The notes below the pieces were generated by a model, which saw only the letters and a list, made by a program, of their open reading frames with translations, ran no database searches and had not been told where the DNA came from. Positions 30,805-40,682 of a DNA stretch of 64,000 nucleotides are shown here, piece after piece. The DNA lies in the NCBI GenBank assembly GCA_050248855.1, contig JBFWRP010000007.1:96001-160000 (forward strand), given 5' to 3'. This DNA comes from Planctomycetota bacterium. Its GTDB lineage: Bacteria > Planctomycetota > PLA2 > JAEUHO01. The translations under genes were made by a program, and so were the position numbers. Numbering within the stretch: position 1 is the stretch's first letter; each line of letters opens with the position of its first letter.

Positions 30805-31275
30805 ATGCGTCTCGTCGCCGTTTGCGTTCTCGCCCTCGCCGGCTCCGTCTTCGCCCTCTCGCTGCCCAGCACCCCCGCCGGGGCCCACTGCGAAGTGCCG
30901 TGCGGCATCTTCGACGACGCCGGGCGCTTCACGCAGATGCTGGAGGATCACTCGACGATCGCCAAGGCGATGGTGCAGATCCGCGACCTCGCCGAGAAGA
31001 AGGACGCCCTGTCCCTGAACCAGGGCGTGCGCTGGGTCATGACCAAGGAAGACCACGCCACCAAGGTCATGGACACCATCGCGCAGTACTTCATGGCCCA
31101 GCGCATCAAGCCCGGCGCGGACGAAGCTGCGCAGGGCGTCTACATCGACCAGCTCACCAAGGCCCACGCCGTGATGACCTCGGCGATGCGCTGCAAGCAG
31201 AGCGTGGCCGACGCGGACGCCAAGGGGCTGCACGACGCGATCCACGCGTTCCAGACCGCCTACACCAAGAAGTAG
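30805..31275 (+). CDS. sodN: Nickel superoxide dismutase precursor
   Basis: Signal peptide ending AGA, then Ni-hook HCEVPCGIFD (starts 30886); RWV..KE.HA, IAQYF..QRIKP, KQ motifs. Confidence 0.93.
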   Translation: MRLVAVCVLALAGSVFALSLPSTPAGAHCEVPCGIFDDAGRFTQMLEDHSTIAKAMVQIRDLAEKKDALSLNQGVRWVMTKEDHATKVMDTIAQYFMAQRIKPGADEAAQGVYIDQLTKAHAVMTSAMRCKQSVADADAKGLHDAIHAFQTAYTKK

Positions 31276-31351
31276 GTCCGGGAACACGTCTCCGCCGCGA
31301 GCGAACTCGCCCGCGGCGAGCGGTCCCGCGCCACGCCGGCGTCTCCCGTTC

Positions 31352-31390
31352 GAGGCCGCGCGGCCCTCATTCCAGGGCCCGCGCGGCCTC
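31352..31390. terminator. Hairpin between convergent sodN and HAD genes
   Basis: GAGGCCGCGCGGCCCT-CATTCC-AGGGCCCGCGCGGCCTC, one bulge. Confidence 0.45.
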
Positions 31391-31573
31391 GTCGTGTTCG
31401 GGCACGGGGCTTGCTCCCCTGCCGCACGCGTCGCACCGAGCGGCGCGAGACTCCGTCGCCGAACGGGCCGGACCTCCGGAAGTCGGTTGGCATGAGCCCC
31501 AAGCTGCCAGCCGGCGCGGATTGCACGGGCGGCGGCGGAGTCCCGCGCCGGCAGTGCGGCCACGCGTTGCGCG

Positions 31574-32278
31574 CTAGCCTTCGCCGAAGCGGACTTCGAG
31601 CTGCTTGGCGGCGAGGTGGAGGTCGTCGGCGGCCCAGCCGTCGTCGGGGTGCGGGCCGCGGACGAGGAGCGCGGGCAGGCCGATGGCCTCGGCGCCGCGG
31701 ATGTCGGCGTCGAGGTTGTCGCCGACCATCACGATGGTGTCGGCGCCGTTGCACGCCGCGATCGCGGCCAGGAAGGCCTGCGGGTGCGGCTTCTCCACGC
31801 CCAGGTGCGCTGACGACAGCACGGCATCCACGAGGTCCCGCAGCCCCAGGGCTTGCACGATGTCGTGAAGCTCGGGCACGTGGTTGGAGAGGATCACGTG
31901 CCGCCAGCCGGATGCGCGCAGACGCGTCAGGGCGGCCAGCGTGTCCGGGAAGAGGTGGAACTCCTCGGCGCGCGTGTACCGGGGTCGCACGGCCGCAGCC
32001 AAGCGACGTGCCGTTGGCGCGTCGACACCGACGCGCTCGTACGCACGGGCGAGGCCGCCGTTGACGTGGTCCCACCACGCGTCTGCTTCGCACAAGTGCG
32101 GATGGGGCTCCTCCGGCGTGTGCCACGGGAAGCCATGGCGAAGGGCCGCGCGCAGATCGTCGCGCGACACCCGGAGGTCGGGCAGCTCCTCTTCGAGCAG
32201 GTCGAGCATGACGCCCGACCAACGTCCCGGCCGGAAGGCGAGCGTCTCGTCGAAGTCCCACAGGGCCACGCGCACCAT
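31574..32278 (-). CDS. HAD-superfamily hydrolase
   Basis: WDFDETL motif I, LSN, EKPHP, MVGDNLDADIRGA. Confidence 0.92.
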   Translation of the reverse strand: MVRVALWDFDETLAFRPGRWSGVMLDLLEEELPDLRVSRDDLRAALRHGFPWHTPEEPHPHLCEADAWWDHVNGGLARAYERVGVDAPTARRLAAAVRPRYTRAEEFHLFPDTLAALTRLRASGWRHVILSNHVPELHDIVQALGLRDLVDAVLSSAHLGVEKPHPQAFLAAIAACNGADTIVMVGDNLDADIRGAEAIGLPALLVRGPHPDDGWAADDLHLAAKQLEVRFGEG

Positions 32279-32399
32279 GCCCACGAGAGTACCTGGGTCC
32301 GGACCGGAGGACGGACGGACACCCCCGCTCGCACTTCCCACGGGCCCGGGTCAGGATCGGCGGCTCGGTGCTGGACCCGTCCCGGCCCCAGGTGGAGTC

Positions 32400-33362
32400 A
32401 TGAGCGGTCCGACCCTGCCCCCCGCTGCCACCCGCGAGGCCTTCCTGGCAGCGCGTGAGCAGTCCACGCGTCTGCGCGAGGCCGTGGCGGCGCTGGCCCG
32501 CGAGCAGGGCTGGTCCAGCGCCGTGCCCGAGCGGTTCGACGAGGGCTCGCTCCCCGTGTTCGCCCTCGGCAACGACCTGGTCGTCAAGCTGTTTCCGCCC
32601 GCGTTCCCCGAGGACGCGGTCGTCGAGCGCGCCGCGCTGGAGGCCCTTGCGGGTCGCTTGCCGGTGGCGACGCCCATCGTCCAAGCCCACGGCGTGCGCG
32701 ACGACTGGACGTGGCTGGCCATGGACCGCCTGCCGGGCTGGCCGCTGGACCAGGTCTGGCCCTCGATCCCCAGGGAGCAGCAGCTGGCCCTGATGCGCTC
32801 GCTCGGGCACTGCTTGAAGGTGCTGCATCGCGTGCCGCTCGGGACCACGGCGATCCTGCATCCCCACTGGCCCACATGGATGGCCGAGCAACGCGCACGC
32901 GTTCGCGAGCGTCAAGCCGCCAAGGGCCTGCCCGAGCGTTGGCTCGAGGGCCTCGAGCCGTTCCTCGACAGCGTGGAGCTTCCGACCGACGTCGCGCCCG
33001 TGTTCCTGCACACGGAGATCATGGCCGCGCACGTGCTGGCGTTGCCCACGGGCGGAACGTGGCGCTTGTCGGGCCTGCTCGACTTCGAGCCCGCGATGGC
33101 GGGCGCCCCCGAGTACGAGCTCGCATCGGTCGGGCTCTTCGTGACCGAGGGGGATCCGTTCCTGTTCGATGCGGTGCTCGAGGGCTACGGCCTTCCACCC
33201 GAGGCGCGCGACGAGTCGCTGCAGCGTCGCTGCCTCGCCTACGCGCTGCTGCACACCTACGCGAACCTGCCGTGGTTCCTCGATCGCTTGGGCGAGCCGC
33301 CCGAAGGCCCTTCCTACGAGGCCCTCGCGCGCCGCTGGTGGGCGTTGCCTACGCGGGCGTGA
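32400..33362 (+). CDS. APH-like phosphotransferase with atypical catalytic loop
   Basis: VVKLFPP, LPVATP, FLHTEIMAAHVL, GLLDFEPAM.GAPEYE; GGAG RBS. Confidence 0.85.
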   Translation: MSGPTLPPAATREAFLAAREQSTRLREAVAALAREQGWSSAVPERFDEGSLPVFALGNDLVVKLFPPAFPEDAVVERAALEALAGRLPVATPIVQAHGVRDDWTWLAMDRLPGWPLDQVWPSIPREQQLALMRSLGHCLKVLHRVPLGTTAILHPHWPTWMAEQRARVRERQAAKGLPERWLEGLEPFLDSVELPTDVAPVFLHTEIMAAHVLALPTGGTWRLSGLLDFEPAMAGAPEYELASVGLFVTEGDPFLFDAVLEGYGLPPEARDESLQRRCLAYALLHTYANLPWFLDRLGEPPEGPSYEALARRWWALPTRA

Positions 33363-33377
33363 TCGCTCCTCCGTACT

Positions 33378-33974
33378 TCAGGCCACGAGCCCGTGCAGGA
33401 GCACGTCGATGACTTCGCGCGTGTAGCCCGGGTCGTCGGCCACGGCCAGGGGAACGGGGTGGAGCTGCGCGGCGCCCAGGCCCACTTGCAGCAGGAAGTA
33501 GCCCGCGGTGCTGCGGCGCACACCGCGCCGCAGGCCCTTCGCGGGTAGCGCCGCCACGAGCGCATCGCCCAGCAGCCCCAACGCCCCGCTGGCCGCCTCG
33601 CGCACGCGCGCGTCCTCGACCGCGCCCGCCGCCGCCGCCAGCACGAGGAGCTCGTCGCGGTGCGAGCCCAGCCAGGCGTGCAGGCCGCTGGCCAGGGCTT
33701 CGAGCCGCTCGGCGACCTCGCGGTGGCCTTTCACGGCCGCGGCCGGCAGCGGTGCCAGGCGCCCGGCCGCGTGGGCCACTGCGGCGCAGAACAGCCCCAG
33801 CTTGTCGCCGAAGTGTCGGTACAGGAGCGGCTCGCTGACCTCGGCGGCGGCGGCCAGATCCCGGGTTCCCGCCCCCTCCAGGCCACGGCGGGCAAAGATG
33901 GGGAGCACGGCGTCCAGGATCTGGAGCCGCCGCTCGGCGGCCGGAAGACGCGGGGAAGAATCTCGCTTGACCAT
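33378..33974 (-). CDS. TetR/AcrR-family transcriptional regulator
   Basis: RR.QILD....FARRG..G.....LA.AA.VSEPLLYRHFGDK.GLF helix-turn-helix. Confidence 0.93.
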   Translation of the reverse strand: MVKRDSSPRLPAAERRLQILDAVLPIFARRGLEGAGTRDLAAAAEVSEPLLYRHFGDKLGLFCAAVAHAAGRLAPLPAAAVKGHREVAERLEALASGLHAWLGSHRDELLVLAAAAGAVEDARVREAASGALGLLGDALVAALPAKGLRRGVRRSTAGYFLLQVGLGAAQLHPVPLAVADDPGYTREVIDVLLHGLVA

Positions 33975-33977
33975 TTG

Positions 33978-34017
33978 GTTAGCCTACGCTAACTTCCTCT
34001 TGTTAGCGAACGCTAGC
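33978..34017. promoter_or_regulatory. Two palindromic operators GTTAGC-N4-GCTA(A/G)C
   Basis: GTTAGCCTACGCTAAC (33978-33993) and GTTAGCGAACGCTAGC (34002-34017) in an AT-rich 57-bp divergent spacer. Confidence 0.8.
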
Positions 34018-34031
34018 AAGTAGGAGGCGCC

Positions 34032-36677
34032 ATGGACCCCCATCTCGAGCAGCGTCTGGCACGGATCGAGGAGCGGCTGGACGCCCTGGAGGAGACGCAA
34101 GCCGCCGGCCGGCCTCTCCACCTCCTGTCGCCCGCCAGGCCCCACCTGCCCGCCGCGGGGCTCGCGACGAGGGCGACGGCCAAAGCGCCGCCGGCTCCGC
34201 CGCCGCCTCCGCCTGTGACGTCTGCGCAGGCCACACCCCCCACCGTCGCGACCGTGCCAGCCAAGACGCGACGCCCTGCCCCAGCCCGCTCCGCGCTGGA
34301 CCTCGAGCGATTCCTCGGCGTCGCCGTGCTCGGCCGCATCGGCGTCGGCGCCGTCCTGTTGGCCGCCGCCTACTTCGCGCGCATGTGGTACGACGCCTCC
34401 GCGCCGCTGGGCCGCGTGTTGCTGCTCCACGCGGCGGGCGCGTTGTTCTTCGCTGCGGGCTGGTGGGCGCGCGGCCGGGCCATTGCGCGCTACGTCGGCC
34501 TCCTCTGGGGTGCCGGCACGGCCCTCTTGTGGCTGGCCGCCGCGGCGGCCTACCTGCGCTTCGGGCTCGTGGGTCCCGAGGTCGCCTTGGGCATGGCCTT
34601 GGCCACGAGCGTGCTCGCCACCTGGCATGCGCACGTGCTCGACAGCGAATGGCTGGCGAGCGCCGCGCTCGGCGGGGCCTTCGGCGCCGTCTTCCTCCTG
34701 CCGCTCACCGCCGACCCGCGCACCTTCCTCACGGCCTATGCGCTCGTGCTGCTCGCCTGGAGCCAGATGCTCGACCTCCGACGCGGCTGGGCGATCGCGC
34801 GAGCGGTGGGCAGCGCCGGCGTGCTGCTGCTCACCGCCACGTGGGTCCTCCCGGGCGTGCGCTGGGACGCGAACCTGTGGTGGCACCTGCAAGCCATCGC
34901 CCTGGCGCTGGCCGCGCCCGAGCTTGTCCGCTTCCTGCTCGGCGGACGCCTCTCGCGCGCCCGCGGCGCCGCGGGGGCGACGCTCCTGGTCGTTCCGCAG
35001 GGCCTGTTGGCCCTGACGGATCTCGTGTGCGGCCACCTGCCGGGAGCCGGGACGCACGGCTTCGTCCTGGGGGTCGGGGCCGTGGCCCTGACCGGCGCCG
35101 TCCTGCGCATGCGCGAGGCCCGCGGGGGCACGCTCCTCGTGGGCTTCGCGGTGGCCGGCTTGGCGAGCGCGCTGCTCCCCTTCGGCGCCTCGCTCTGGGC
35201 CTTCCGCCTGGACGCGACGACGGCCCTGCGCTGCCACGTCGCGCTCGCCGCCCTGGCGGCGAGCGCGATCGTGCTGGTCGCGAGCTCGCGCTGGACACGA
35301 CGCGGCGAGGACGGCGCCGCCGGCGCCGGGGCGCTCGCGCTGCTCTGGCTGTTCCTCACGCCCCGGGGCGAACAGCTCGCGCCGGCGCTCGCCGATTTCA
35401 CGCTGGCGCTGCTGCCGGGTGCCCTGCTGCTGGCGCGCGCCCGCCGCACGCTCTGGTGCGGTGCAGGCGTCGCCCTCTTCGGCGCGGCGGCGGCCATCGA
35501 GCCGCTGCTCCTGGGGCTCGACACGCCGTGGGCCGCTCCCATGGCCTTCGGTCTGGCAGCCATCATCACCCTGGTGCTCCCGCTGGTGGCCCGACCGGGG
35601 CGCAGTGCGCGGCTGCAGACGCTGCCCGCCGCACTGCCCCCCGTCTTCGCCGCGGCGTGGCTGGCCACGCTGGCCGCCGTCCCGCGGGCGGCTGACGCCC
35701 TGCCCCTCTTCGAGCCCGTCACGATCTCCGCGCTCGTGATCGCGCTCACGGGCGCGGTCGTGCGCTGGCGCGGCGTCCGCGCCACGCGGGCAGGCACGAC
35801 CGAGCGGGGTCTGGCCGAGGTGGCCGGTCTCGTGTCGACTCTCGTCGTCGTGATCGCCGGCCACCGCGAGATCGACGCGGCCACCGCGACGTGGGCCGCC
35901 GCCCAGGCAGGCCTCGCACGGATGGCGTGGTACGCCGCGGCCACGTTGCTGCTCGCCGCGCGCGGGCGCCGCACGCAGGCCCCGTGGGTGCCCGGCACGG
36001 TCATCGCGCTGGGCGCCGTGGCCGTGCTGCACGCGGGAGTCGTCGCCGCCGCGGCGCCCTGGACGCTCTCCACCACGACGATCGCCTTCCTGGCTGCGGT
36101 CGCGCTGCCGCTCGCGGCCGAGCGCGTCCTCCCGCGAGCTCGTGCGCTGTCCGCCGGGCGTGCGTGCTTGCTCCTGGTGGCGGCCTGCCTCTGGCTGGCG
36201 ACGGGGCAACACGGGGTGCACGAGGGCGCCCTGCTCGGCAACGCGCGATTCCTGGCCGGCCTGGGCGTGGTGTTGGCCCTGCTCGTCGGCGCGCGCCTCG
36301 ATCGCCATCGCGACGGGGCCCAGGGGCTGCGCGCGACCCAGCTCGGGGTCGCGCTTCCGCTGGGCTGGTTCGTCGGGCTGGGCGAGGTCCTGCACCTCGT
36401 GCAGCCGCTGGACACGGCGTGGCGAGCCGTGGCGGTGAGCCTGTACACGACGGCCTGGGCCGCACTGCTGCTGCTCGGCGGGTTCCGCCTGCGCGTGCCG
36501 ATCCTGCGCTACGTCGCGTTGGCCACCTTCGGTGCGGTCATCCTGAAGGTCGGGTTCTACGACCTGCGTGCCACGTCGCTGCCGCTGCGCGTCCTCGTGA
36601 CGGGCGTCCTGGGCATCGTGCTGCTGGTCGCCGCCTACGGCTACGCACGGCGCAAGGAGGAACCGCGGGCCGGGTAA
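34032..36677 (+). CDS. DUF2339-like large polytopic membrane protein
   Basis: N-terminal coiled coil and Pro-rich linker, LERFLG...LGRIG motif, many TM helices, C-terminal LKV.FYDL...RVL..GVLG. Confidence 0.85.
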   Translation: MDPHLEQRLARIEERLDALEETQAAGRPLHLLSPARPHLPAAGLATRATAKAPPAPPPPPPVTSAQATPPTVATVPAKTRRPAPARSALDLERFLGVAVLGRIGVGAVLLAAAYFARMWYDASAPLGRVLLLHAAGALFFAAGWWARGRAIARYVGLLWGAGTALLWLAAAAAYLRFGLVGPEVALGMALATSVLATWHAHVLDSEWLASAALGGAFGAVFLLPLTADPRTFLTAYALVLLAWSQMLDLRRGWAIARAVGSAGVLLLTATWVLPGVRWDANLWWHLQAIALALAAPELVRFLLGGRLSRARGAAGATLLVVPQGLLALTDLVCGHLPGAGTHGFVLGVGAVALTGAVLRMREARGGTLLVGFAVAGLASALLPFGASLWAFRLDATTALRCHVALAALAASAIVLVASSRWTRRGEDGAAGAGALALLWLFLTPRGEQLAPALADFTLALLPGALLLARARRTLWCGAGVALFGAAAAIEPLLLGLDTPWAAPMAFGLAAIITLVLPLVARPGRSARLQTLPAALPPVFAAAWLATLAAVPRAADALPLFEPVTISALVIALTGAVVRWRGVRATRAGTTERGLAEVAGLVSTLVVVIAGHREIDAATATWAAAQAGLARMAWYAAATLLLAARGRRTQAPWVPGTVIALGAVAVLHAGVVAAAAPWTLSTTTIAFLAAVALPLAAERVLPRARALSAGRACLLLVAACLWLATGQHGVHEGALLGNARFLAGLGVVLALLVGARLDRHRDGAQGLRATQLGVALPLGWFVGLGEVLHLVQPLDTAWRAVAVSLYTTAWAALLLLGGFRLRVPILRYVALATFGAVILKVGFYDLRATSLPLRVLVTGVLGIVLLVAAYGYARRKEEPRAG

Positions 36678-36687
36678 CCTGCGAGCC

Positions 36688-37704
36688 GTGCCGACCAACG
36701 CCCCGCTCGCGATGAAGCTCCCGCTGCTGCGCCTGGGCGCGCTGCCGCTCGAGAGCCCCTTCGTGCAGGCGGCGCTCAGCGGCTACAGCGACCGACCCAT
36801 GCGCGTGCTCGCGCGCCGTCACGGTGCGGCCTACACCGTGCACGAAGTGCTGATCGACCGGTTCGTGCGCGAAGTCCGGAGTGCCACGGCCCGCGCGCGG
36901 CACTTCGCCGTCGGCGACGAGGAACACCCCGTCGGCGCGCAGCTCATGGGCAGCGAGCCGTCCGACTTCCCCGCCGCGGCCGAGCGGTTGGTCGAGGCCG
37001 GTTACGACGCCATCGACATCAACTTCGGCTGCCCCGTGCGCTCGGCCATGGGCGGCTGCCGCGGCGGCTACCACCTGGGCCAGCCCGACGTGGCCCTGGA
37101 CATCGTGCGCACCGTGCGCAGTGCCGTTCCCGCCCACCTGCCCGTGACCGTCAAGATGCGACGCGGCATCGACGACACGCCGGCCAGCCGCAGCGCGTTC
37201 TTCCGCATCCTCGACGGCGCCTTCGACGCGGGGGTCGCCGCCATCACCGTGCACGGGCGCACCGTGGAGCAGAAGTACGTCGGTCCCAGCAGCTGGCCGT
37301 TCCTGCGCGACGTCAAGGCGCACGCCGGCGACCGCACGATCCTCGGCAGCGGTGACCTCTTCACCGCCGACGACGCGCTGCGCATGCTCGCCGAGACCGG
37401 CGTGGACGGCGTCAGCCTCGCCCGCGGCGCGATCGGCAACCCGTGGATCTTCCGCGACTGCCAGGAGCTGGCCGCGGGGCGCGTGCCGACACCGCCGACC
37501 GTCGCGGAACAACGCGCCGTGCTGGAAGCGCACCGCGACCTCCTGGCCGCGATCCATGGTCCACGTGGTTGGCTGACGCCGCTGCGCCGCCATGCGGTGA
37601 AGTACGCGCGCCATCACCCGGACGGCAACGCCGTACGCGATGCCTTCGGTCGCGCGCATGCACCGGAGGCGTTCGACGCGGTGGTGGCGAGCTACTACGC
37701 GTAG
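36688..37704 (+). CDS. dusB: tRNA-dihydrouridine synthase (DusB-like)
   Basis: A.LSGYSD.PMR, IDINFGCP, VTVKMRRG, TVHGRT, ARGAIGNPWIF. Alternative start 36712; subfamily assignment tentative. Confidence 0.85.
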   Translation: MPTNAPLAMKLPLLRLGALPLESPFVQAALSGYSDRPMRVLARRHGAAYTVHEVLIDRFVREVRSATARARHFAVGDEEHPVGAQLMGSEPSDFPAAAERLVEAGYDAIDINFGCPVRSAMGGCRGGYHLGQPDVALDIVRTVRSAVPAHLPVTVKMRRGIDDTPASRSAFFRILDGAFDAGVAAITVHGRTVEQKYVGPSSWPFLRDVKAHAGDRTILGSGDLFTADDALRMLAETGVDGVSLARGAIGNPWIFRDCQELAAGRVPTPPTVAEQRAVLEAHRDLLAAIHGPRGWLTPLRRHAVKYARHHPDGNAVRDAFGRAHAPEAFDAVVASYYA

Positions 37705-37707
37705 GCG

Positions 37708-39207
37708 TCAGAAGCCTCCGCCCGTGCGGAAGCCACCGCTTCGCGACGAGCCGCCGCTGCGCGAGGAGCCACCGCCGCTCCAGCCGCCGCCGGACGAGCC
37801 ACGGCTCGAGGAACCGCCCCCCCACGACCACCCACCGCCGCTGGAGCGGCCACCACCGCCACGCGAGGACCCGCCCCAGCTCCAGCTTCCGCCCCAGCTG
37901 CCGCTGCGACGCGAGGACGGCGGGGTCTCGAACCACTGGTTGCGGCTCATGGTGGCCCAGATCTCGGCGGCCGTGAGCACGCCCGCGAGCAGGCTCTTGA
38001 GCAGCTGGCCCCAGTCGAGGCCCCCCTTCAGGACCGAGCTCGACGCGTCGTAGTCGTTGCGCCGGAAGCGCCGCCGGAGGTCCTCGACACGCCCAAGGGC
38101 CTCGAGCGCCTTCCGGTGCGCCTCGTGTTGTTCGGCGAGCATGGCGCCGAGCCTCGAGCGCTCGGCCTGCAGGGCCGCGAGCGCCGTGACGGCGAGGTCG
38201 TCCACGCTGGTGGGCGTCGCGGTCGCGTCGCGCTGCAACGTGGCCAGCGGCTCGCTCTCCACGTGGGCCACCAGCAGGCCGTAGGCCTTGCGGCTGAGCT
38301 CGTCTTCGTCCGCGTCGAAGGCGGCCAAGCGCTCGCGCCCCTTGGCAATCCGCGCTTCCGCCTCCTCCACGGCCTCCTCGGCCTTGGTCAACACCGCGGC
38401 GCGCCCATCGACGTCGGCCAGCAGCTCGAGGATGCCCGCCTTCTCCTCGGCTTCCGCGACGGAGGCGGCGACCGCGTCGGTCTCCGCCGTCGCCTTCTCG
38501 GCAGCACGCCGGGCGTGCTCGGCCAAGCGCACGGGAATCTCGAGCAGGCGGGCGTAGTTGCGGCGCGCGCCGTCGTAGCGGCAGAGCTTGGCGACCCAGC
38601 CGTCGAGCGTCCGGATCAGCGCGTTCGCCCGGTAGCGCTCCGTGCCGTAGCCGCGCTTCCAGAGGTAGGCGAAGAGCTTGTCCTTCTCGTAGGGCTCGCC
38701 TTTGGCGACGCGGTCGGCGGCGCTGGCCTCGGCCTTCTCGTGCGCCGCCTGGGCCTGGGCCGTCGCCCGCTCCGCGCGCTGGACGAGCATCTCGTGGCGG
38801 GGCGAGGCGGCCAACGCTTCCGCAACGGCTTCGCGACGCGCCTCCAGCGCCGCCACGGCCGCGTCCAGCTCCGCCCGCCGCTCCACGCGCACGCCTTCGC
38901 GGCGCTCGCGGTCGGCCGCCGCGTCGGCGATGGCCTCTTCCGTCTCGAGGCGCGCCGCATCGCGCTCGGCGAGCAGAGCGAGGACCCGCTGGTCGACGGC
39001 ATCGAGGTCTGCGGTGACCTGCTTGGCCTCGAGCGCGTCGAAGCGCGCCCGCGCCACGTCCGCCAGCTGGCGGGTCTCCTCCTCGCGCAGGCCCTCGAGG
39101 CGGTCGGCCGTGGCCCGCAGCTCGCGACCGGCGCGCTCGGCGCGCTCGGCACCCGCCGCCACGGTGGCCTCGATGTCGCGCAGGACGGCGGCGCCGCGGC
39201 TCACCAC
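37708..39207 (-). CDS. Long coiled-coil protein with Gly/Ser-rich tail
   Basis: Ala/Glu/Arg heptads; central PYEKDKLFAYLWKRGYGT..Y motif; ends GGFRTGGGF. Confidence 0.8.
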   Translation of the reverse strand: MVSRGAAVLRDIEATVAAGAERAERAGRELRATADRLEGLREEETRQLADVARARFDALEAKQVTADLDAVDQRVLALLAERDAARLETEEAIADAAADRERREGVRVERRAELDAAVAALEARREAVAEALAASPRHEMLVQRAERATAQAQAAHEKAEASAADRVAKGEPYEKDKLFAYLWKRGYGTERYRANALIRTLDGWVAKLCRYDGARRNYARLLEIPVRLAEHARRAAEKATAETDAVAASVAEAEEKAGILELLADVDGRAAVLTKAEEAVEEAEARIAKGRERLAAFDADEDELSRKAYGLLVAHVESEPLATLQRDATATPTSVDDLAVTALAALQAERSRLGAMLAEQHEAHRKALEALGRVEDLRRRFRRNDYDASSSVLKGGLDWGQLLKSLLAGVLTAAEIWATMSRNQWFETPPSSRRSGSWGGSWSWGGSSRGGGGRSSGGGWSWGGGSSSRGSSGGGWSGGGSSRSGGSSRSGGFRTGGGF

Positions 39208-40670
39208 GACACGATCCAGCCGCCTGCGGTCGCGAAGCGGTATGTGGGCTCGAAGGCTCCGGCCCGCTTCGCCCCGAACACCGCATCGTCGACGATGCCG
39301 TTGTCCTGCTTGTCGCGCTTGACCTGCTCGTAGACGGCCTCGGGCACGCGCACGCCGAAGCGCGTCGCCGTGTGCACGCGCTGGTCTTCGTCACTGACGA
39401 TGGTCAGCGGGACCAGCCGCCCGTCCTCGCCGACGGCCTCGACGATGATGTAGTAGCTGCGGACGTCGTGGCGCTCGACCGGCGTGCGCCACACCCCGCT
39501 GCGTTCGTCGGGCCGGGAGACGATGCGCAGCGTGTAGGACTGCTCCAGGCGCGTGAGCAAGCGCTCCAGCTGTTCGAGGGCGTCTCGCAGGGTCGCGTCG
39601 TCGCCCGATGCGAGCGCCCCCTGCACGGCCTTCGTGCGATCCGCCACGCGTGGCGCGGCGCGCTCGTCGAGCGTCATGCGCGCCACGCGCGCGGCCGCCA
39701 CGTCCAAGGCGTGACGCGCCTGCGCGCGCAAGGCCTCCGCGCCCAGGACGGAGCCCACCGCCGTACGCAACGCCTGCACCCGGCTCTTGCTGTCGGCGGC
39801 GTCCCCGCGGTCGATGGCCGCCAGCGCATCGTCGCGCAACCGGTTCAGACGGGCCTGCGTGCCTTCGTCCAGCGACAGCCCGCCCAGGCGATCCAGCTCG
39901 ATGCCGACGGCGCGGGCCGCGAGCGCAAGCTCGCGGACGACATCGAGGCGGCCGGCGATCTCGCCCAGCGCCGACTGCACGACGCCGTAGTCGCGCCGGG
40001 CCGCGCCCAGCTCGTCCTCCATCTTCCCGGGCGCCGCGTCGAACGCGTCCTGGTCCACCGTGCCGTCAAGGCGCTCGATCACCCGCTGCAAGCGCGAGCG
40101 GGTCGCCACGAGCTCCTCGGCCGTCTCCTGCCCCAGGCGGTGCCAGGGGCCCGGCTTGTCGTCCGGTCCGGGCAGCTGCCGCTCGAGGTCCTCCAGACGG
40201 CGCCCGGCCCGCTCGACCTCATGCTCGAGCGCCGTGCGCGCCGCTCCGTACGCCTCGCGACGCGCCTTGGCCTTGCGCGAGCGGTCCCAGGCCACGAGCC
40301 CGAACGCCACGAGAGCGAGCGCCAGCACGACGCCTGACCGCACGAACCACTTGCCGCGATCGACGTAGATCTCCGCCAGGCGAACGCGAAGCGTGCGCTC
40401 GGGCGGACGGTACACGAACCGGTCCCGCACGAGGGCCTCGACGCCCTCCTCGATGACCTCCTGGGGCACCTCGATGCCCTGGTCGGCATAGATGCCGCGG
40501 ACCCGCTGGACGAGCGCGGCGCGCCGACCCTCCTCGCCGAGCTCCGCCTCCACGATCGCCCGTTGGTGGCGGAGCGTGTCCACCACGTCCATGGCCAGCA
40601 TGACCTCGTCCAGCGGCGCGGCGGCCGTCGGCGCAGGCAGCGAGTCGGTCGTGGGCGCGTCCGAAGACAT
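39201..40670 (-). CDS. DUF6384-like single-TM protein
   Basis: LDEVMLAMDVVDTLRH, IYADQGIEVP, LA.IYV.R..W, one TM helix, C-terminal YTLRIVSR...YYIIVEA...DK.D.GI. Confidence 0.8.
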   Translation of the reverse strand: MSSDAPTTDSLPAPTAAAPLDEVMLAMDVVDTLRHQRAIVEAELGEEGRRAALVQRVRGIYADQGIEVPQEVIEEGVEALVRDRFVYRPPERTLRVRLAEIYVDRGKWFVRSGVVLALALVAFGLVAWDRSRKAKARREAYGAARTALEHEVERAGRRLEDLERQLPGPDDKPGPWHRLGQETAEELVATRSRLQRVIERLDGTVDQDAFDAAPGKMEDELGAARRDYGVVQSALGEIAGRLDVVRELALAARAVGIELDRLGGLSLDEGTQARLNRLRDDALAAIDRGDAADSKSRVQALRTAVGSVLGAEALRAQARHALDVAAARVARMTLDERAAPRVADRTKAVQGALASGDDATLRDALEQLERLLTRLEQSYTLRIVSRPDERSGVWRTPVERHDVRSYYIIVEAVGEDGRLVPLTIVSDEDQRVHTATRFGVRVPEAVYEQVKRDKQDNGIVDDAVFGAKRAGAFEPTYRFATAGGWIVSW

Positions 40671-40682
40671 CGCGGTGTGGGA

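Noticed and set aside
37708..37920. Repetitive CCGCC/GAGCC-rich DNA
   Set aside because: Explained by the Gly/Ser-rich tail of the 37708..39207 protein.
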